64,000 nucleotides of DNA, from positions 422 through 64,421 of the IMG/VR virus record IMGVR_UViG_2509276021_000001. One strand, written 5' to 3'. This DNA is from a virus. Position 1 is the stretch's first letter, and every line of letters begins with the position of its first letter. Positions 37,695-46,437 of the stretch are shown in pieces. The position numbers and the translations under genes were made by a program. The notes under the pieces were generated by a model. That model did not search any database. It was not told where the DNA came from and saw nothing but the letters and a program-made list of their open reading frames with translations.

Positions 37695-39005
37695 CTATTC
37701 TCCAGATGGCGTCGTTTGCGTCGGCCCGGCCGGCGGCGTGAGAAGTATCGGCTTCCCGGTTTCGTCCAGGGCGACCATGTTCGCCGGCACATAGAGCCGA
37801 TCGCCACCTGTAATCGGCGGCAACTCGTCCCATGCCCGGACTTCGTTCGGCGTTACCCAGCCTGCGCTGCTGTTGCCGAGGGCTTTCTGATTGTATTCGC
37901 CCTTGTCCTTGATGGCCGGGCTGAGGAAATCGGCGTCGACGAATCCGGTGTAGAAACCCTGCTGCCGCTGCTCTTTCTTCAACAGAAACAGGTCGGCAGA
38001 ACCGCCGAAACGCCGATGAATCGGCCGGACGCAATGAACAAGGTGAGCGATAAACATCTGCTCCGCCGACGCGAACGTCGCGTTCTTGTCTCCGGAGAAG
38101 CCGATCATGATCGGCATCACGCGCAGGACCTCGCAGATCCGCTCGACCTGGAATTTTCTGGTTTCGATATGCTGTGAATCCACACCGGTCATGGAAACCG
38201 GAGTGAACTTCGCGCCCCGGTCCACCACCATGATCTTGCCGGTATTTTCGGCGCCGCCGAAATGCCGGCGCACCCAGGCCGCCAGCTTGATCAATCCCGG
38301 CTCCCCAATGGAACCGTCCGCAGACAGCACGCCGCTCGGTCTGGCCCCATTGCGGTGGAACCGCGCGTGGCTCTCTTCCGTTGCCAGCGCCAGACCGATG
38401 GCCTCGGCAGCGTAGCGCACGATGTTCAGACCCTCGATCGTATCCCACGACGGGCCTTTCACATGCCAGATGACGTCGCTGGAGACAGTCTGCGTGCTGC
38501 CGTCCAATCCGGTCAGGGTATAGACCCTGGAGTAATCAGGGTTCGTCTTGCCCTTCACCCGGCCCGGGTCGAGGAGGATCATCTCCACGATCTCGCCACG
38601 GACCTTGTTGAGGAAGGCGTAGGCGTTACCGCCCAAATCAACATGGAAGCTCTGGGTTTCGCGAAACTCCAGGCTCGTCATCCATTCGTTCGGAGCGGTT
38701 GCAAGCAGATCGTACAGCGGTAGGTCGCGAGCTTCCTTGCGGTCGACTACCGTTTTGCCGTTCACGGATTTCTCGGTGCGCTGGTAGATCTTCCAGGGCA
38801 CCGTCGCGAGACCGTCGGCGCGGACGCGGCAGCATGCCAGCACAGTCGTCACGCTGAGGGCAGACTTCCAGTTGACCGATATGCCGGTCTTCGATGTCGC
38901 AAAGCCGCCGAAGAAGTCGGCCCACATCTGGTCGACGATGCCGTACCGCGTGTCTTCCTTGCCAGAACCACCGCCTCTGAAGACCGAGCCGAAAAAGCCC
39001 CTCAT
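37695..39005 (-). CDS. Portal protein (HK97 family)
   Basis: LYDLL..APNEWMT..EFRE, LGGNAY, F.RNGARPSGVL, TPNEVRAWDELPP motifs; start moved to 39005. Confidence 0.95.
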   Translation of the reverse strand: MRGFFGSVFRGGGSGKEDTRYGIVDQMWADFFGGFATSKTGISVNWKSALSVTTVLACCRVRADGLATVPWKIYQRTEKSVNGKTVVDRKEARDLPLYDLLATAPNEWMTSLEFRETQSFHVDLGGNAYAFLNKVRGEIVEMILLDPGRVKGKTNPDYSRVYTLTGLDGSTQTVSSDVIWHVKGPSWDTIEGLNIVRYAAEAIGLALATEESHARFHRNGARPSGVLSADGSIGEPGLIKLAAWVRRHFGGAENTGKIMVVDRGAKFTPVSMTGVDSQHIETRKFQVERICEVLRVMPIMIGFSGDKNATFASAEQMFIAHLVHCVRPIHRRFGGSADLFLLKKEQRQQGFYTGFVDADFLSPAIKDKGEYNQKALGNSSAGWVTPNEVRAWDELPPITGGDRLYVPANMVALDETGKPILLTPPAGPTQTTPSGE

Positions 39006-39217
39006 GCTTGTGACCTCGGCGCTGTCAGAATCGCAAAGAGGATCAGCAGAACGCCGGCGACGATGTATCCGGCCGGAACATAGACCAGCCAAGAACCATA
39101 GGCGATCGCCGCGGCTCCCAAGAGGCCGACGGCATCACGCACAAGCGCCGGGATGACGCCGACAGCAATCGAAACTACCGACCGCACGACGCGACCGGCG
39201 AACCTGAGGAAGCGCAT
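39002..39217 (-). CDS. Small membrane protein between terminase and portal
   Basis: Two hydrophobic helices; GTGA/ATG overlap with the portal start. Confidence 0.7.
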   Translation of the reverse strand: MRFLRFAGRVVRSVVSIAVGVIPALVRDAVGLLGAAAIAYGSWLVYVPAGYIVAGVLLILFAILTAPRSQA

Positions 39218-39231
39218 GTGGTTGCTCCAAA

Positions 39232-41094
39232 TCAAAAAACGTTCGCCATCGCCTCTTCGAGCGCGGCCATTTCGGCCTCGATCTTCGCTTCGAGCGCGTC
39301 GAGATCCTCTTCAGAGTCCCAGGGCGACTGCTCGCTTGGCTCGACCAGGTCGACCGCACCGGAAAGCATCGCGAGCACCGTCATGCCGTCGATGCGGCCG
39401 CGCTGGTGCTTCTTGATGAAGAAGCGGTTGTTCTGGGCGTCGGGCTGGATAGCAGCGTTGCCCGAGCACCACTTCGTAATCGGGCTCTCGTCGATGACGA
39501 TCTTGCGCTGCAGGATCCTGTCCTCGAATTTCTGCAGCGATCGCGGCATCCAGAGCGCCTTCTTCGACTGCATGCCGAGGCGGCCCTGTCCGTGGATCAT
39601 GATCTTGAGGCCGGAACCGACATCCTCGTCCGGATCCCAGACCCAAGTGTCGAGGCCGATATTGTCGCAGGCTTTGCGGAAATCGGTCAGGTAGGCGGGG
39701 TCGACGACAAGCGCCGGGACATTGTAGGTCGCGACCAGCTTCTTGATCAGCACCGCGATAAACTCGTATTCGATGGACCGGCCCGGCACCAGGTTGAGCA
39801 GCGGCGGCACGGCGGCTGCCCACTCGACATACTGGGCGTGATCTTCCTCGGACTTTTCCTTCAGCTTCTCTGTCGGCTTCCAATATTGGACGGCTGCATG
39901 CAGGACGCCCTTGGCATCTTGCCAGCCCATGCCGACGGCGGTCAGGTCGTTTTTCTTCGACAAGTCGAGCGTCAGGTAGACGTCGGCGGTGCCGGCGTCG
40001 GCGATATCGACATTGCCCTGCACCGCCTCCCAGAAATCGAGATCGATCCAGTATTCGGACGAACCGACCGGAACGCCGAAATAGAGGCGCTCGGTGCTCA
40101 GGCGCATGCCGACCGAGTTGCGGGCGGAATTCACCTCGATTCGGACGTTTTCGATCGGGAACGTGATGCCGAGGCAAGGCATCGACTTCTGCCAGCAGAT
40201 CTCGTCCTCGAACGGCTTATCGCCCGGATCGATGCGAGCGATGAAGGCGAACGCTGAATCATCCTCCGCCTCGCCGCGCAGGATGCGCTGGTGCAGATGG
40301 CTCCATTCGGTCGCGACCGGCTGGTCGGCTGCCGGCGTGTTCGTCGACATCCACAGCAGGAAGTCGCCGGGCATCTTGGCGCCGGCCGACTTCCACGTTT
40401 TCAAGGCGCCGTCCGATTTCCACTCGTGGATCTCGTCGGCCGCCACATATGTCGGGCGCGGACCGTTGACCTTCTCGTCACCAGCAAGCGACCGGAACTT
40501 CGAACCGCTCTCCGGATGCTCGAGCATCCAGATCATGTCGCCGGTACCGCGCGTCAGGATCGTTCCGCGCGACACCAGGCTTTCGCCGTCGAACTCGGCA
40601 TCAGGCATTTCGGCCAGCGCCATGGCGGCCGCATCGCCGAAAAGAACGTTCGCCTGGTTGCGGTCCTTCGCGATCGCGTAACATTCGGCGCGCGGGATAC
40701 CGCGAAAGCCCATGTTGTAGAGGCCGAGCGCGGCGGCAACCGGCGACTTGATCTGGCCCTTGCCCGTCTCGATCCAGGATGAGCGGAAGCGCAAGCGGCC
40801 GCTGTCCTTGCGGTACCAGCCGTAGAGCGAGCCGACAACGAACTTCGTATAGCTCGGGAGGTTGAACGGTTCGCCGGCTTTCGCGCCGGCGGTCACCATC
40901 AGCACCGAAGGAAAAAACTTTAGCGCCCTGTTGGCGGCTTCAGGCCGCCATTCGAGCCCACGGGCTGGGCCATACTTCAGATCGTTCAGATGCCGCTGGC
41001 AGGCCAGCCGGCCGTATTGCCCCGAGGTGATCCAGCCGTCGACAACCTCTTGGGCCCAGTCCGTGACCGGGTCACTTATTTCCAAGGTAGTCAT
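39232..41094 (-). CDS. terL: Terminase large subunit
   Basis: ETGKGQIKS Walker A, AADEIHE Walker B, LDLSKKNDLTA nuclease, RIDG. Confidence 0.96.
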   Translation of the reverse strand: MTTLEISDPVTDWAQEVVDGWITSGQYGRLACQRHLNDLKYGPARGLEWRPEAANRALKFFPSVLMVTAGAKAGEPFNLPSYTKFVVGSLYGWYRKDSGRLRFRSSWIETGKGQIKSPVAAALGLYNMGFRGIPRAECYAIAKDRNQANVLFGDAAAMALAEMPDAEFDGESLVSRGTILTRGTGDMIWMLEHPESGSKFRSLAGDEKVNGPRPTYVAADEIHEWKSDGALKTWKSAGAKMPGDFLLWMSTNTPAADQPVATEWSHLHQRILRGEAEDDSAFAFIARIDPGDKPFEDEICWQKSMPCLGITFPIENVRIEVNSARNSVGMRLSTERLYFGVPVGSSEYWIDLDFWEAVQGNVDIADAGTADVYLTLDLSKKNDLTAVGMGWQDAKGVLHAAVQYWKPTEKLKEKSEEDHAQYVEWAAAVPPLLNLVPGRSIEYEFIAVLIKKLVATYNVPALVVDPAYLTDFRKACDNIGLDTWVWDPDEDVGSGLKIMIHGQGRLGMQSKKALWMPRSLQKFEDRILQRKIVIDESPITKWCSGNAAIQPDAQNNRFFIKKHQRGRIDGMTVLAMLSGAVDLVEPSEQSPWDSEEDLDALEAKIEAEMAALEEAMANVF

Positions 41095-41560
41095 CGGCGG
41101 CGCGCTTCTTCCTTCCGGATCTCGGCGGCGCCTTCTCGGCCCGGCCGCGCTCGACAGGCGGGATGCCCAGTTCGCGCTCGGCGGCCATGACGCGCTTCAT
41201 CGCAGCGTCGGCGATCGCCTTGTAGGGGTTGTGCATCATGACCTTGGTTTTCGGTGCCTGTGTCATGACGCCGTATCGCGCGACATGGGCCTCTGCGAGT
41301 TTCCAGTCGGCATAGGCGCCGGCAGCCATTTCGATGAGGACATCGTTATCGATGTCTAGCAGCCCCTTGCGGGAAAGGCTTTGCGTAAGGGTCTTCCAGC
41401 GCTCGCTCGCGATGTTCGCGCGGCGCTTGCCCCATTCCTTGACGTTCATCGTGAGGAGCCAGTTAGGCTCCTCGATCTCGACGACAACGTGCTCGGCGCC
41501 CGGAAATGCGCCCTGCACCACATTTGATACCGGGGTGGGGTTCGGTTTTCTGCCTCTCAT
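41072..41560 (-). CDS. terS: Terminase small subunit (P27 family)
   Basis: MRGRKPNPT, HNPY, ELGIPP.ER motifs. Confidence 0.9.
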   Translation of the reverse strand: MRGRKPNPTPVSNVVQGAFPGAEHVVVEIEEPNWLLTMNVKEWGKRRANIASERWKTLTQSLSRKGLLDIDNDVLIEMAAGAYADWKLAEAHVARYGVMTQAPKTKVMMHNPYKAIADAAMKRVMAAERELGIPPVERGRAEKAPPRSGRKKRAADDYLGNK

Positions 41561-41674
41561 GTCTCAGGTCGCTCTGATAGCTTGTGCAGAAAGCAGGAAG
41601 ATCCCTGACTCTCCCTTGCCGACTCGGCATGTGCATGATTTCGTCATTCGACAACCAGTGATGGAGAAAGAGCG

Positions 41675-41848
41675 ATGGCATTAAAGGTCGGCGACTTAGT
41701 TCAGCTGAAGTCCGGAGGTCCCAAGATGACGGTGAACCAGGTTTCAGGCGACACTATCTGGACGTCTTGGTTTGCCGGCGCAAAGCATGAGCGAGCGAAC
41801 TTCTATAAAGACGCACTCAAAGAGTACGTCGAGGAAGACAAGAAGTGA
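41675..41848 (+). CDS. YodC/DUF2158-family small protein (57 aa, absent from the ORF track)
   Basis: MALKVGDLVQLKSGGPKMTV...WF; GGAGA RBS; GTGA overlap with the next gene. Confidence 0.85.
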   Translation: MALKVGDLVQLKSGGPKMTVNQVSGDTIWTSWFAGAKHERANFYKDALKEYVEEDKK

Positions 41849-42108
41849 GCAATGCCGAGAGCGCCGCCAACTGGATGGCGGACGCGTTGCGCAAAGACGG
41901 CACCCTTTACCAAGACGTTGCGGTCACTCATTTGGAAGCTGAGTTCGGACTGTCCGTGGTCACGACTAATGCGAGTGGCAACTTAGCTGTCAAAAGGCAA
42001 GTGTTGGACATCTTCAATAAGCTGACCCCAGATGCGGTTTGGATACGGTCGGGTCGATATTGGCGTGCGCGAGAAGAATTCGATCTTCCGGGACGTCAAC
42101 AGTCATAG
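41845..42108 (+). CDS. Hypothetical protein (DUF6953-like by recollection)
   Basis: AANWM..L...G.LYQ, NASGNLAV, VW....YWR.R motifs. Confidence 0.65.
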   Translation: MSNAESAANWMADALRKDGTLYQDVAVTHLEAEFGLSVVTTNASGNLAVKRQVLDIFNKLTPDAVWIRSGRYWRAREEFDLPGRQQS

Positions 42109-42119
42109 AGATCTCAGCT

Positions 42120-42506
42120 ATGCCCTTTTTTGGACCGATTGCCACAGCTCTAAAAGAGCAGATGAGCGCCACCATATCGAGGTCGGATGTACTAAAGCCT
42201 CTAGCTTGGCTGGTTGGTATTTTGGTCACTGCAACCGTCGCATTGGCGGCAACGAGCGCACCAGCGCTTGCAACTTACCTGTGCCTGGCCTTCACGGGAT
42301 GTACTGTCGGACTATATTTTTTTTCTTACACGTACTGTTTGCTAAAGGACCCCGACGCGCTGCGTTCAGAGAAGTATTCATTGAACAAAATGGCGATCGA
42401 GCACGGTTTGTTAGGCGACAGCACGTCGGGCCTTTTCGAACCCGATCAACAATTATCACGAAAACCGCGATCCAAATCTTCTCCTAGGATTGAGCACAAA
42501 CCATGA
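42120..42506 (+). CDS. Two-TM membrane protein
   Basis: Two hydrophobic helices then DPDALRSEKY; start 42120 or 42162. Confidence 0.7.
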   Translation: MPFFGPIATALKEQMSATISRSDVLKPLAWLVGILVTATVALAATSAPALATYLCLAFTGCTVGLYFFSYTYCLLKDPDALRSEKYSLNKMAIEHGLLGDSTSGLFEPDQQLSRKPRSKSSPRIEHKP

Positions 42507-42808
42507 GACGGCGTTTTATCATAGCCACTCAAGATTATGACGCCGACGAGAGCAAGAGAGTGACCGACTTCCTCAGCAAGCACGGAGCCTGGTGGCATTG
42601 GATAAGCAATTTTTGGCTGTTTACCACGACGACGTCTGACATTAGCTGTGAGAAGATTGGAAAGCATATCTCATCGATTAATGATCGCAATCGAGCCCTT
42701 GTGATGGAAGTCCCTGAAGACGTTGATTGGTCGGTGTTTGGGGCCAAGAACGCAAAAGGACAGTCGATGGCAACTTGGCTCTCAAACACCTGGGCTAAAC
42801 AGGATTAA
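42503..42808 (+). CDS. Small alpha/beta protein, possibly Cas2/VapD-like ferredoxin fold
   Basis: FIIATQD start, WWHWISNFWL, terminal LVMEV strand; ATGA overlap with the membrane gene. Confidence 0.55.
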   Translation: MRRRFIIATQDYDADESKRVTDFLSKHGAWWHWISNFWLFTTTTSDISCEKIGKHISSINDRNRALVMEVPEDVDWSVFGAKNAKGQSMATWLSNTWAKQD

Positions 42809-42851
42809 GACCTTCAAGTGATGCTTGGCTTCCCACAAACCAGAGGCTGAA

Positions 42852-43208
42852 ATGGACTTCCACGATCAAAACGGCCGCGCCACTCACTACATCGACCAGG
42901 GCGGGGTCCTTTATACCTGGGCTGGAATGGCGGTCGGCGTTCTGTATGGCTCAGACCTATACGATAATCAGGGGAACCAAATTGGGATTGTCGAAAGCGG
43001 GTGGATCCGTGATCTTTCAGGTGACGCGGTCGCTTTCGCGAGAGGGGCATCTGGTGGCCCGCTCCCGCCCGTCACGAAAGTACAACCTGTAAAAGGCGTG
43101 CCTGAAGTTCCCCCCGTACCGGCAGTCCCTGCCATTCCGCAAGTCCGCGCCGTCCCTTCCCTGAGATGGAGTGGGTATTCGTTGGATGACATTCTGCACG
43201 TTCGCTAG
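42852..43208 (+). CDS. Short beta-hairpin-repeat protein resembling the '4-fold beta flower' family
   Basis: Repeated (F/L)(H/Y)DxxG units, GWIRDLSGDAVAF, Pro-rich tail ending W. Confidence 0.6.
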   Translation: MDFHDQNGRATHYIDQGGVLYTWAGMAVGVLYGSDLYDNQGNQIGIVESGWIRDLSGDAVAFARGASGGPLPPVTKVQPVKGVPEVPPVPAVPAIPQVRAVPSLRWSGYSLDDILHVR

Positions 43209-43318
43209 GGTGATGCGGAAACCGATCCCGAAAAGTTTTCGGCGGAACCGGCCATCGCCCATTTAGGTACACGACTCCACGGCGCTTGCCATCAAATCTG
43301 AGTCCGATCTTCAAGAAA

Positions 43319-43412
43319 GGGGGGGCGCGTATTTTGCTCTCACTGCGAACGAAGGCCCCGGACGGTGGCGCCCCCCCACCGCTCCAGACATTCGACCGCC
43401 CCCCCCCCGGGG
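43319..43412. other. Probable cos region
   Basis: G/C homopolymer tracts (minus strand GGGGGGGGGGCGGTCGAATGTCTGGAG) just downstream of the HNH gene, the usual cos location in HNH/P27-terminase phages; exact cut site not determined. Confidence 0.5.
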
Positions 43413-43558
43413 TCACCCTTTCCGCTCGATCTGCCGCCGATCAATCGCGTTTGCGACCGGCCCCCGATCAACAGCAGCTTCTTTGCCCTTGCCGGATGGA
43501 ACCGCTGTCTGAGCGCCCTTGCGAACGTCCGGCTTAGTATCTCTGCGCATGTCATCGC

Positions 43559-43888
43559 TCATGACTTGCTCCTATGCCAAGGGTGGCGAGGGTCGAGGGG
43601 CGAGCCGTCCACGGCGCAGCCCTGCACCATCAGCTTGCCGCTTCGTCGGCGAGCTCCGCCACGCTGCTCTTTTACCTGCCGGTCATGATGGCCGCAGAGT
43701 GTGCGCGTGTTGCCGATCACATCTAGTGCCGTGGGATGGTCTACATTTGGACGGGTGACGACGTGGTCACAGACAAGGCGGTCAGTGCGACCACAGCCAG
43801 GCACAACGCAACGCCAGCCATCGCGCTCATGGGTGGCGCGCTTGAGCGCCTTCCAGTGCGGAGAATCGTAGTAGCGATTCCGGGACAT
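43559..43888 (-). CDS. Packaging-associated HNH endonuclease
   Basis: Y....WKALK...RDGWRC..PGC, DHV, NTRTLCGHHD, G.PLDPRHPW. Confidence 0.9.
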   Translation of the reverse strand: MSRNRYYDSPHWKALKRATHERDGWRCVVPGCGRTDRLVCDHVVTRPNVDHPTALDVIGNTRTLCGHHDRQVKEQRGGARRRSGKLMVQGCAVDGSPLDPRHPWHRSKS

Positions 43889-44055
43889 TGATCATCACCA
43901 ACTTGTGATATGCGCGAAACGCACATGGATTCGCTTTAGGATTCACACTTGGCGTGCCGAACCACAACTGACAAACACTCAGCCACTTGCGTTCGAACCA
44001 CATGCGCGCATAGTGCGCAGCAGGCAGCACCGCTTTTTTTGGTGAGAGGTGCGCC

Positions 44056-44178
44056 ATGCAATCCGACAGTCTAACGATTTCCGTTCTCGGAATGAACGCC
44101 ACAGCGAGCGGGCAATTTGCCATCCTCGCCCTGGTGGCGATCTTTGCGACCGTGGCGCTACTGCGATTGCGGAAATGA
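44056..44178 (+). CDS. 40-aa membrane peptide (absent from the ORF track)
   Basis: GAGAGG RBS; MQSDSLTISVLGMNATASGQFAILALVAIFATVALLRLRK; followed by an AGGCGG...CCGCCT hairpin. Confidence 0.55.
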   Translation: MQSDSLTISVLGMNATASGQFAILALVAIFATVALLRLRK

Positions 44179-44240
44179 AAAGGCGGCCAACCCGGAAGGG
44201 CGACCGCCTGTCTTTGGACGCAAATCAAGCATCCGCATCC

Positions 44241-44269
44241 AAATGACTCGTTTTGCGCTCGCCTGTCAA
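44241..44269 (-). promoter_or_regulatory. Candidate late promoter
   Basis: Minus strand TTGACA-N17-TCATTT pointing toward HNH and terminase; weak -10. Confidence 0.4.
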
Positions 44270-44415
44270 CAGGACTGCCATCCGCTGGCCTCGCTTCCCC
44301 ACGCCTCGCGAATCTCAATCTATGAACCTGATTGGAGAAGGGAGAAGGGCCTTAAAGGCCCTCTCCATCAGAGATATAAAATAAAAATCCGCGCGCGCAC
44401 GCGTGAGGCTGCGCC

Positions 44416-44555
44416 AATTTTCCGCGCTTTTTCCGCCGATCTTCCGCAGGCCGGTTTCCACATCCCTTGTGCGGCTTGCAACCATGAAGGTAACGCGGCG
44501 GATTTTCCGCAGTTCTTCCGCAGATTTTCCGCATTCCTTCCGCGAAGCGTCCGCG
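44416..44555. repeat. Eight 11-bp phased direct repeats (core TTCCGC) in two blocks
   Basis: TTCCGC at 44420, 44431, 44442, 44505, 44516, 44527, 44538 and GTCCGC at 44549. Confidence 0.85.
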
Positions 44556-44854
44556 CGAGCGCTCTTTATATTTGGGCCGATTTCAACCGCTGGTCCGACC
44601 GGCAAAAAATATTTTCGAATGGCGGGATTTCGGGCAGGAAAATGCGCGCTGAGACGGTCGGAAACGATGCCAGCGGCGACGAATTCCGAATCAATTGACG
44701 CTGGCGACCGCGCGCCAAAACCGAAATAAACGCGGTTTCGCATCTACCGAACAGTCAAAACGAAAATTAATGCGCTTTCAAATCAAAGCGTTAGCGTTTT
44801 GACGTCTGACATCTTGCAAAACCGTATTGTAAAACGAAATGAAATCGATATTCT

Positions 44855-45464
44855 CTCAATTACCGAAGCGAAAACGAAATCACTTCGGGATTGAGCGGCG
44901 ATTTTATTGCCTCTCAGCGTTCTTTGAAAAGCTGGCGAAGGTCCGATCATCGGCCCCAAGGTTTAGGCGACAACCTCGCGAAAGCGGGCAAAGCTTCGAT
45001 TGTAAGGCGGACGGTAGGGGCGAGCATATCAGCGGAATAGGGCGACCCAATGCGCAAAGCATTACCGGCATGACAAAGCCGGGTTTGGGGAAGGACGCGC
45101 GGCAAGCGGGAGGGAAACAAGCCCCTCATGCGGACATCAAATGACTTGCCTCTGTGAAGGTTCCGACCGAAGCGACCCTGATGCGAAGCGAAAGCCGAGT
45201 GTGTCAGATCATCGTTAGGCGGCGGGAAGATAGCAGGCAACCCAGATAACCGCGTCCGCAGACTGGGCAAGAGCTGCACCCCTCAACCGCTAACAGGCCT
45301 GGGTTCCCCTAGCACAAGATCACAACGGAAAATCTGAAGGGCAAGCAACACCTTGCCCCTCATTCCACATGCGAGGCAAGCGCCGCCGACTGGCTGGCGC
45401 TTTCCCGGCATTTGGCCGTCAACCCGCCCCTGCGCGAGGGGCACTCAATCAGGAGAATACGACA
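44855..45464 (+). ncRNA. Candidate large structured leader RNA
   Basis: About 600 nt without a credible ORF; at least 15 stems found by eye, nested long-range pairings and many GNRA-type loops. Confidence 0.5.
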
Positions 45465-46064
45465 ATGGCACAGTTCGCAATCATCACCGGCAAGGCACTC
45501 AAGAACGCAATCGCCGGCCGCGGCCAGCAGATCGCCACCTTCACCCAGCGCGAGCACCAGCTCGCCGTCTCCGCGCTCGCCCACCTCGGCGAACACAACG
45601 ACGTTATCTATGTCCAGGCGCTCTATGACATGAGCCCGGCTAACTACCAGCGCGGCCTGCGCCTGTGGTTCCTCGAATTCGGCAAGTGCACGTTCAAGGC
45701 CAACGAGACCGGCAAGGGCGGCGCGTTCATCTATGCCAAGTCCAAGGCCAGCGACATCGAGGGCGCGATGAAGGTCGCCCCGGCCAACTTCGAGAAGGAA
45801 GGCAAGGAGTCGACCACGGAAGCCAAGGCGTTCAGCGTGACCGAATATCTCGCCAAGGTCGTCAAGAAGCTGACCGACGAAGGCGCCGACGTGCGTGTGA
45901 TCCGTGCCATCGAAGGTGCGCAGAAGGTCGCCGCTGGCCCGGTCGTGGTCGTCCGCAACCAGAAGCCCCTGCCGGCAGCCGCCGAAAAGGCTGCAGCGCC
46001 GAAGCGCGCCGCCAAGAAGGCCGACCCGATGCAGGCACCGGCAGCAAACGCCGTCGCCGCCTAA
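45465..46064 (+). CDS. First gene of the plus-strand operon; 199-aa hypothetical with Ala/Lys tail
   Basis: AGGAGA RBS, ATG 45465, extreme optimal-codon bias. Confidence 0.85.
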   Translation: MAQFAIITGKALKNAIAGRGQQIATFTQREHQLAVSALAHLGEHNDVIYVQALYDMSPANYQRGLRLWFLEFGKCTFKANETGKGGAFIYAKSKASDIEGAMKVAPANFEKEGKESTTEAKAFSVTEYLAKVVKKLTDEGADVRVIRAIEGAQKVAAGPVVVVRNQKPLPAAAEKAAAPKRAAKKADPMQAPAANAVAA

Positions 46065-46120
46065 CCCCGCGAGGCATCGGCCCGGTTCGCCGGGCCATCC
46101 TCCCAACATAGGGATTTCGA

Positions 46121-46357
46121 ATGGCAATCGCCTTTGATACACTCGGCTATGCGAAACGCCTGCGCGAAGCAGGCGTTAATCAGAAGACGGCGGAAGCTCA
46201 CGCGGAAGCCGCGCGGGATTTCATCATGGCCGAGCTCGTCACGAAAACGGATCTTGCGGCAGCGCTCGACACTCTCACGCTCCGGCTGACCACCCGCCTT
46301 GGCGGAATCATGGTCGCGGGTGTCGGCGCGCTGGCGCTGATCATCAAGCTGACCTAA
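46121..46357 (+). CDS. DUF1640/CCDC90-like coiled-coil membrane protein
   Basis: FDTLGYAKRLREAG...AEA, LVTKTDL, C-terminal TM. Confidence 0.8.
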   Translation: MAIAFDTLGYAKRLREAGVNQKTAEAHAEAARDFIMAELVTKTDLAAALDTLTLRLTTRLGGIMVAGVGALALIIKLT

Positions 46358-46383
46358 CCACCCACCACAATCCAGACGCTGCA

Positions 46384-46409
46384 AGCCCGGCCATCGTGCC
46401 GGGCTTTTT
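46384..46409 (+). terminator. Intrinsic terminator
   Basis: AGCCCGGC-CATCGT-GCCGGGCT-TTTT. Confidence 0.8.
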
Positions 46410-46437
46410 GCGTTTCCAGCCATAAGGAACCGGCTCA

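Noticed and set aside
36994-38448. 484-aa protease as given in the ORF track
   Set aside because: The N-terminal half overlaps the portal gene out of frame; the real start is ATG 37692. Similar over-extension was corrected at 32569-33576 and 52229-53734.
44416-44555. CRISPR array
   Set aside because: Units are 11 bp, contiguous and degenerate with no spacers; no cas operon. The Cas2-like fold guess at 42503 is not evidence of CRISPR.
44315-44743. 142-aa minus-strand ORF over the repeats
   Set aside because: No clear RBS, and an 11-bp period is not codon-compatible; cannot be fully excluded as an initiator-gene remnant.
44968-45025. c-di-GMP-I riboswitch (GAAA hairpin followed by GCAAAGC)
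   Set aside because: The 5' GGNAAA and 3' P1/P3 consensus are not matched; treated as part of the larger leader structure.
45178-45207. Hammerhead ribozyme (CTGATG...GAAA)
   Set aside because: Core reads CUGAUGC rather than CUGANGA and there is no proper stem II.
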